A DNA stretch of 27,137 nt from Paraspadella gotoi (lineage: Eukaryota > Animalia > Chaetognatha), in contig CM119269.1 in assembly GCA_051294375.1 (NCBI GenBank), positions 5,944,945 through 5,972,081 of the forward strand. Reading direction: 5' to 3'. The notes below the pieces were generated by a model, which saw nothing but the letters and a program-made list of their open reading frames with translations, did not search any database and had not been told where the DNA came from. Both the position numbers and the translations under genes were made by a program. This document shows, piece by piece, positions 20,701-27,137 of the stretch. Position 1 is the first letter of the stretch; the number at the start of each line of letters is the position of its first letter.

Positions 20701-23700
20701 ATTGAAATATACGGTATTATACTGTTAATTAAGAGAGCAAAATTCGCTTTTCGTATTGACGATTTTTAAGTCGATGATATTCACTTCACATTTGAAATTT
20801 TTTTTAAAACACTTACTGTCTTACTTTGTTGTTTTGAGCAGCGATGCGAATGGGTTCAAGACTCATCGTTGTATTTTCCTGTTTGGAGAGGAAAACAAAG
20901 CCGACGACAACAGATTTAACCGATAAATGAAGTCTCGGCGCATGTGTAGGTGCACGACAATAACAACAACAACAACAGTCGTGCTTACGACTGAATGATC
21001 GACCAGCCGACCAAAACTGTGTGAAATTGGAAGTTCATTACTCGGATAACCGATTCCTATCGTTGTGCGAATAAAGCGAAGATCATTAGATAGCATGAAA
21101 ATGGGACACATTCTCACTCAAACGCCAATAACGTTTAGCGCATTAATTTGTATATTCGTTATATTCATCAATATCAGATTAGTAACTTGGTAGCTCGGTT
21201 TTACTCGAGAGAAAAAAAAAGAGAAACATTCACACACAAAAGGCAATAATATTAATACAAAACAAATATAACTAACACTATAGTTCACAACAATAAAGAT
21301 GAAACGCGCACGCTTGATATATTAAACCAGTGACCTCTATGCGCGCAAGTTGAAGCCCCAACTTCAATAACAATTGCTAAGATAGTATTAATTAATTCAA
21401 ACAAACAACAACAACAATACAGCGGTATAGACACTTTACTCACTCTTAGCAGCTTTATTACGGCCACGTGATATTTGTGTCGTATCTGAATCTTGGTGGG
21501 AGGCCTGATTAAATTAAAAACTTTTACAATCAAATCTTTGTCAATACCTCTTTGTCTATCAAACTGTGTACTGACTTTTCATTTCAAACACCGGTTCAGT
21601 TAATTCCCGTCTAAGTAACTAAAGGAGCGGCTGATTGAAGAACGAAATGCGAGATGAAGTTGAAGTGTGAATAGAGTGAGGTTTTTGGGTTGGTTGGTAT
21701 TGGAGTGGCAAGTTGGGTGTTTAATACAAGTGTGTGATTTTGAGCCTTAAAAGCGTTATGAAATGGCAGAGCTTGTAAAGTGACGGAATGTTAGATGTTA
21801 AATGTAGTTGGTGACGCTTAGAGAATATAGAGATTGTATGCGCGCATATACCAGGCCCGCTTGGTGGTGCTGCTCTCACGGCCTGGCACTAATTATGGTT
21901 GTGCTCAGCTCTGTCCATTATTGGTTATTGTCCTTTACCTCGTTATTGCTCATTATTGTATCATTGTTGGGTTGCTGTTCGTGAAGCTTTCGGTATTTTG
22001 TCATATATATCTCTTTCTGGAATATGTTGATTGATATATTTATATGTGTGAAATATGTACTTTCGTTATTATGTTTAAAAAATATTGTATGAGAATGTGA
22101 TTCGAAGCGTCTCGTCTTTATTAGTTATGTTACGTGGATCTCCCGTGGTTTCCGTCATTTACTCGTCTATGCCCCATGTCACTCTCTCTTCCAGTATTAT
22201 TTTGTAGTGTGTGGTCCCATTTTTGTGAGTTCGTTCTCATCTGTTTGTGCTGTTTTTCTGAGTTATTTCTGTTCTGGCTACAAGGTGTCTCAATCTGTTC
22301 TGGGTCTCCCTCCCTGCATCTGGCTTTAATTGCAACCTTTCTTGTCACTCTGGCGTCGCATCTGTGGGGGACGCGTCCGTCGATAGAAGTTTGAATCCCG
22401 CCGAGACAATGTTCTTATTAGGTCGTCTCGTCACAACTGGGGGGGAAGGCATGGCACAGGATTTGATCATTCATGCATTTTCCTCAGTTTAGATCATTAT
22501 CGTTTCCGCTCTTTCGTCCCCCTGATCGAGAGATAATTGATAAACAAATCACTCATATTTTTTTTTAATGGTTTGTTATGTAACAATTCGCATTTTCCTA
22601 CCAGTTTGTATGAACGCATAATATAACTGTTAAAATGAGGTTGGCGAGTCAATTGGGAAACGCTGATGGTCAAACTGACTAAAATCTGCGGATTTTTCCG
22701 AACCTATATGAAGTCACTAATGGGAAAAAAAAAACAGGCGTTCCTCGTTTAATAAAGATAAATGGATCTCTGCTTTGCTCTTCCGTAGTCCCAAAGTTTT
22801 TTATTGTTACCGTTTACGATACTCTTTGCCGCCAAGTCTTTTTGACTTGCTTTGGTGTATTTCTTCGCAATACCAACCAAAACAAATTTTTTCTTATCGA
22901 AATTGTTGGTAGAAAATTAGTTCCTAATGATTTTTTAAAAATGACATAATAATATATGTATTCCTCACAAGGATTTACTCGCGGGTCGGAACTGCCGGTT
23001 TCCCCATAATTTCTCAGGTTGTTCTCAAACTGCTCAACAGTGCATGCGTACCTCCCCACTTCATCGAATTTCATGGAGAAAATCGTAGTGTGGGCCGCGA
23101 TACGGATTTGCATCGCAGTGGATCCTGACAACATCGTCGAGATCGCGGTGCCCGATAAGAAAGAAAGAAGCACGAGTCTTCTGTGGGGATGGAAACCACG
23201 CGCCCAAAATAGATGGTGTGAATCGCGAAAATATTATGCAAAGCTTCTCTCATGACTTCGCGGAAACGGCTGGTCTGAAACAGTCAAAGAAGTTGACGAA
23301 ATGAGACAATAAAACAAACGACTGTTAGAAGAGGAGGGATGAGAGAGAGAGGAGGAGAGAGAGAGGAGAGAGAGAGAGAGAGAGAGAGGAGAGTGATTGA
23401 TGTTTTGAGCCTTCGCGACAGACGACGTTTTTGATGATGCCGACTGTGTTACGTTATGATGGAGAAAACGGTAACGTGCGACGGTGTGTGGTTTTAGTTC
23501 GAGTTGTGTTACGTAGTTTACGCCAAGTAGTTTAAGCCGCCTTACGGAAAGGCTGTTAAGGATGCAGTCTATAATCTCTAACTGTTCGTTGATAAATAGT
23601 TGGAACAAACAGGAAAGATGTTTCGTTTTTGGAGGGATTATTGAGACTCCAGAGGAGATTTATATATGCTTATCTTTAAGTCGAGAGAGGAGGAATATTT

Positions 23701-23744
23701 CCTTTGTCTAGACGTTTATAAGAGGATGATACATCAACGGAGCG

Positions 23745-23769
23745 NNNNNNNNNNNNNNNNNNNNNNNNN
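23745..23769. other. Assembly gap (25 N)
   Basis: Run of 25 N. Confidence 0.99.
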
Positions 23770-24335
23770 TCTCTCTCTCTCTCTCTCTCTTACATTTTCT
23801 GTCGTATGGGTCGTATTGGTTGATTTTAATAATCTCGTTGCTAAACTAAAATTTAAGTTTCAGTGAAATTACCAGTCTCTTCGGAGGCCTGGGTTCGAAT
23901 CCCACCTTTGCCACAACATTTAAGGAAAAACTCATGAATTTCCAAGACGAAACCAAGTGGTTAGTTGTATTTTCAGATATAGAGATATGACGGCGAGACG
24001 CACGCAGGAGTCTGGTCCATGCTACTGAACTATGAAAAAGCTTGGTCTATTTATAACCAGAAGAATGGATCAGGAGCAAGGGCAAAATTTAACAGTTCCA
24101 TCAGGCTCGCAAGCTGATTGGCCGGGAGTGATTTACTGGTGTGTCTCATCCGTTTTGCTCTGAGGCGATTATGATTCCTACGATTATGATTCCTGCGATT
24201 ATGATTCCTGCGATGTTACTGATTATTTAAATATAGATTTTTTTTCCGCGCAACGTGCGTATATTGGAAATTACAAAATGATTCATCAGTTGCTTCGGCT
24301 TTACAATTCTTAGGCTTTTGGTTTCTCGATTTATT
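23770..24335 (+). repeat. Near-identical duplicate of ~17305-17871; continues as a degenerate copy downstream
   Basis: Starts at the gap edge; almost base-for-base match for ~560 bp. Confidence 0.92.
23871..23913 (+). pseudogene. 3' half of tRNA-Leu, duplicate copy
   Basis: Identical to 17407-17449. Confidence 0.8.
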
Positions 24336-24881
24336 TCTTAAAATTAGAGTTCTCATCAAATTAAAGAGACGTGAAGCCTCTTTCGTCCTACTCCCCCCCC
24401 CCCTCCGCGCCACCCAACCACCTCACAGACACCCCCCCCTTTCCATTCTTTAGAGAAATTCGATCCGATGCCGAATTTCGCCTCAAGAGTGAAAATTTTT
24501 TTTTCGATGGAATTTAGTGACAAAATTTTTAGAGAAAATTTGAGGGTTTACCGGTTAAAAAAAAAAATCTCCCTGTGATTCCGGTAATACCAGAGTGTAA
24601 CTGGGCTGTCCTATCGAGCTCAAGGCTACCGTAGTGAGATCGCTCAGGACGTCTTGAGCAAGTTTAAAGTGCAAGATCGCTCAATTTGAAATAACCGTGG
24701 CAGTCGTGTTGACTTTGCGGGCAAAAAATTGAAGTCGTTCGAGTGGAGACGGAAGTTAATTAAAAAACTCCTTTCCTTTGTTTAAACAAACATTTTTAAT
24801 CAAGTATCAAAATAGGCTGAAACCAGTGAAACCTCAAATATCTGAGAAAGTGCATTTATTTTATGAAATCTCTGAATATTT

Positions 24882-25296
<415 letters not shown>

Positions 25297-27137
25297 CTTA
25301 AAACTATTTTCAAAATGAATCGGGTTGTTGCCCCCCCCCTTGCTCGTGTAGTTTTTTCTGTCCTCCTTAAATTGTTGGCGTCCGCCAAATGCGACGAAAT
25401 TCTTTCTAAATAAAAGTTCTTCATCTAATTTGCATATAGCGGCAGTTGAATTTAATTGTCTTTGTCTTACGGTTTTCTTAAACATTTTTAATCTTTTTCG
25501 AGTTTATTTTATTGATGAAACCCCAAATGTCTCTATTCAGCGAAATCATAACAGCGATTTTGATGATGAAGATAATGACTCGAGTTTTTTTAACCTTTAA
25601 CATTTTAATAAGTAAAATGAAAAAGAATTTGAAGCAAACGTTGTGAGCGAATGTAGTATCGATTAAAATCAATAGAGCCACGGTTTACACTCGGCGTAAC
25701 GGAGGGGAAAAATGGTATCTAGAGTTCTAAATATAGACGTATTCTATTTTTATTTTTAAAACGATCTATAAGCCGCGTTGGTAGAAGTATCTACGAATTA
25801 TCGTCGATTAAACGCAAAAATCCGTTTCAGAGTTCACTTCAAACTAGACGAGACGAGACAAGACGGGAACTTAAAATGAGCAATGAATCAGTGAGTCACT
25901 CATCGACATCTTGGGACTTGGCCAGTTCAATGACCCACTCCCAAGTTGAAAGACCTTTTGAAAAGGATTTAAAGATCTGTTCATTGTTCGGTTATCTATG
26001 GTTAAGAGAATTCGCTTTTCCTGCTTTTTAAGTCGATGATTTCTTCTCGCTCAACTTTTGTTTTGGCGCAGAGCGAAGGTCAACCACGAGATTTCCCGTG
26101 GAGAAACAAAGCCGACGACAAATAAACTAAAGGTCCGGACGCCTGTTGCAACGAACAATAACAACAACACACACGGTCACTACGACTGAAACGAAACCGC
26201 ACACGAAGAGCAACTTGAGAACGTCTATCGTTTCAAAATTTTTTTTTTTTTTTTTTTTATCGACTTTCAACATTTTTTTTTTTTTTTTCTGAAATAAAAG
26301 AGACAATTTGACAATTAGACAATAAGGAAGAAAGGAAAAAAAGGAAGAAAATAAAATGGGATTAGTAAAAGAATAACTTTGCAATGAACGAAATATCAAA
26401 ATAGTAACTTTACCGTAAAGAAAAAAAACCCGAACAAAACAAAACAATAATATTAATACAAACAATAATAAGAATAACACCAATAATAATAATAACAATA
26501 CCATGGGCAAATAGCAATTAATACAATAACAATTGCAAAAGTGTTAATAACGACAACAACCACAACAACAACTACAGCAGCATCAGCAGCAGCAGCGCCG
26601 AAGCGACGTCGGGCTTCGAAATTCTTAACGTCAACCTCTTTGTCACAACTGGTTTTCCTGACTTTTAGCTCAAAGGTTAAGAATTCCCTCTAAGAAAGGG
26701 CGGAGACGATTGGCGAGAAGTTGGAGGAAATGAGTTTAATTGGTGGTTGGTGGTATTTGGAGTGGCAAGTTGTTTAATGGGTGGTTTGTGTGGTTTGGAG
26801 TGGCAAGTTGTAAAGTGGAGGGATTTGATATTGGAGTTGAATTAGGAGTGCCAATTTGGTTGTAGCTGTTTGTATTATTGTTGTATTATTGTATTATTGT
26901 ATTATTGTTGCGGTTGCTGTCTGAGTTTGTATTGGTTGTCATGGTTGTTGATTTTAGTGATTAAGTTTGTTTTGTGATTGTTGATGAGGTCGTCATTGTT
27001 TTTGTTCTCATTCCTGTTGTCTCCTTAAGTTGGTCATCGTTGCTGGTCATTATCATACATATTTGTGTTTAGCTTTTGGAGACGTATAAAATTGTTTGTG
27101 CGTTAAAGCGCTGGTTGGGTAATTGTTTGTTGCCGGG

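Noticed and set aside
22130-23608. Several 60-124 aa ORFs
   Set aside because: No recognisable motifs or splice logic; probably low-accuracy sequence next to a gap.
26440-26690. (CAA)/(CAG)-rich stretch as a possible polyQ/T/N exon
   Set aside because: All frames close quickly and no supporting splice sites or family similarity were recognised.

Overview
Eukaryotic, probably invertebrate animal, genomic DNA with AT-rich introns, GC-rich exons and many microsatellites. It appears to come from an indel-prone assembly with two 25-N gaps. The + strand carries the 3' exons of a mitochondrial-type acetyl-CoA synthetase (ACSS1-like). Inside one ~5.5 kb ACSS intron, on the - strand, lies a 7-exon gene that I spliced by hand. 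It encodes a ~680-aa, 7-TM protein with the layout of the gustatory-receptor-like / 7TM ion channel (GRL/7TMIC) superfamily: long acidic loop between TM4 and TM5, split TM7, T-x6-Q motif. One intron of this gene holds a TTAA-flanked foldback MITE (Kolobok/T2-like). The block 2247-8079 recurs at 8709-14497 across a gap, and ~17305-21850 recurs at 23770-~26830 across a second gap. Both repeats are most likely haplotype or gap-filling redundancy. Also seen: two tRNA-derived SINE copies, a 3'-half tRNA-Leu fragment next to a CCAAT/TATA/Inr module, and a possible signal-peptide exon of a downstream gene. All family assignments come from reading the sequence; no search was run.
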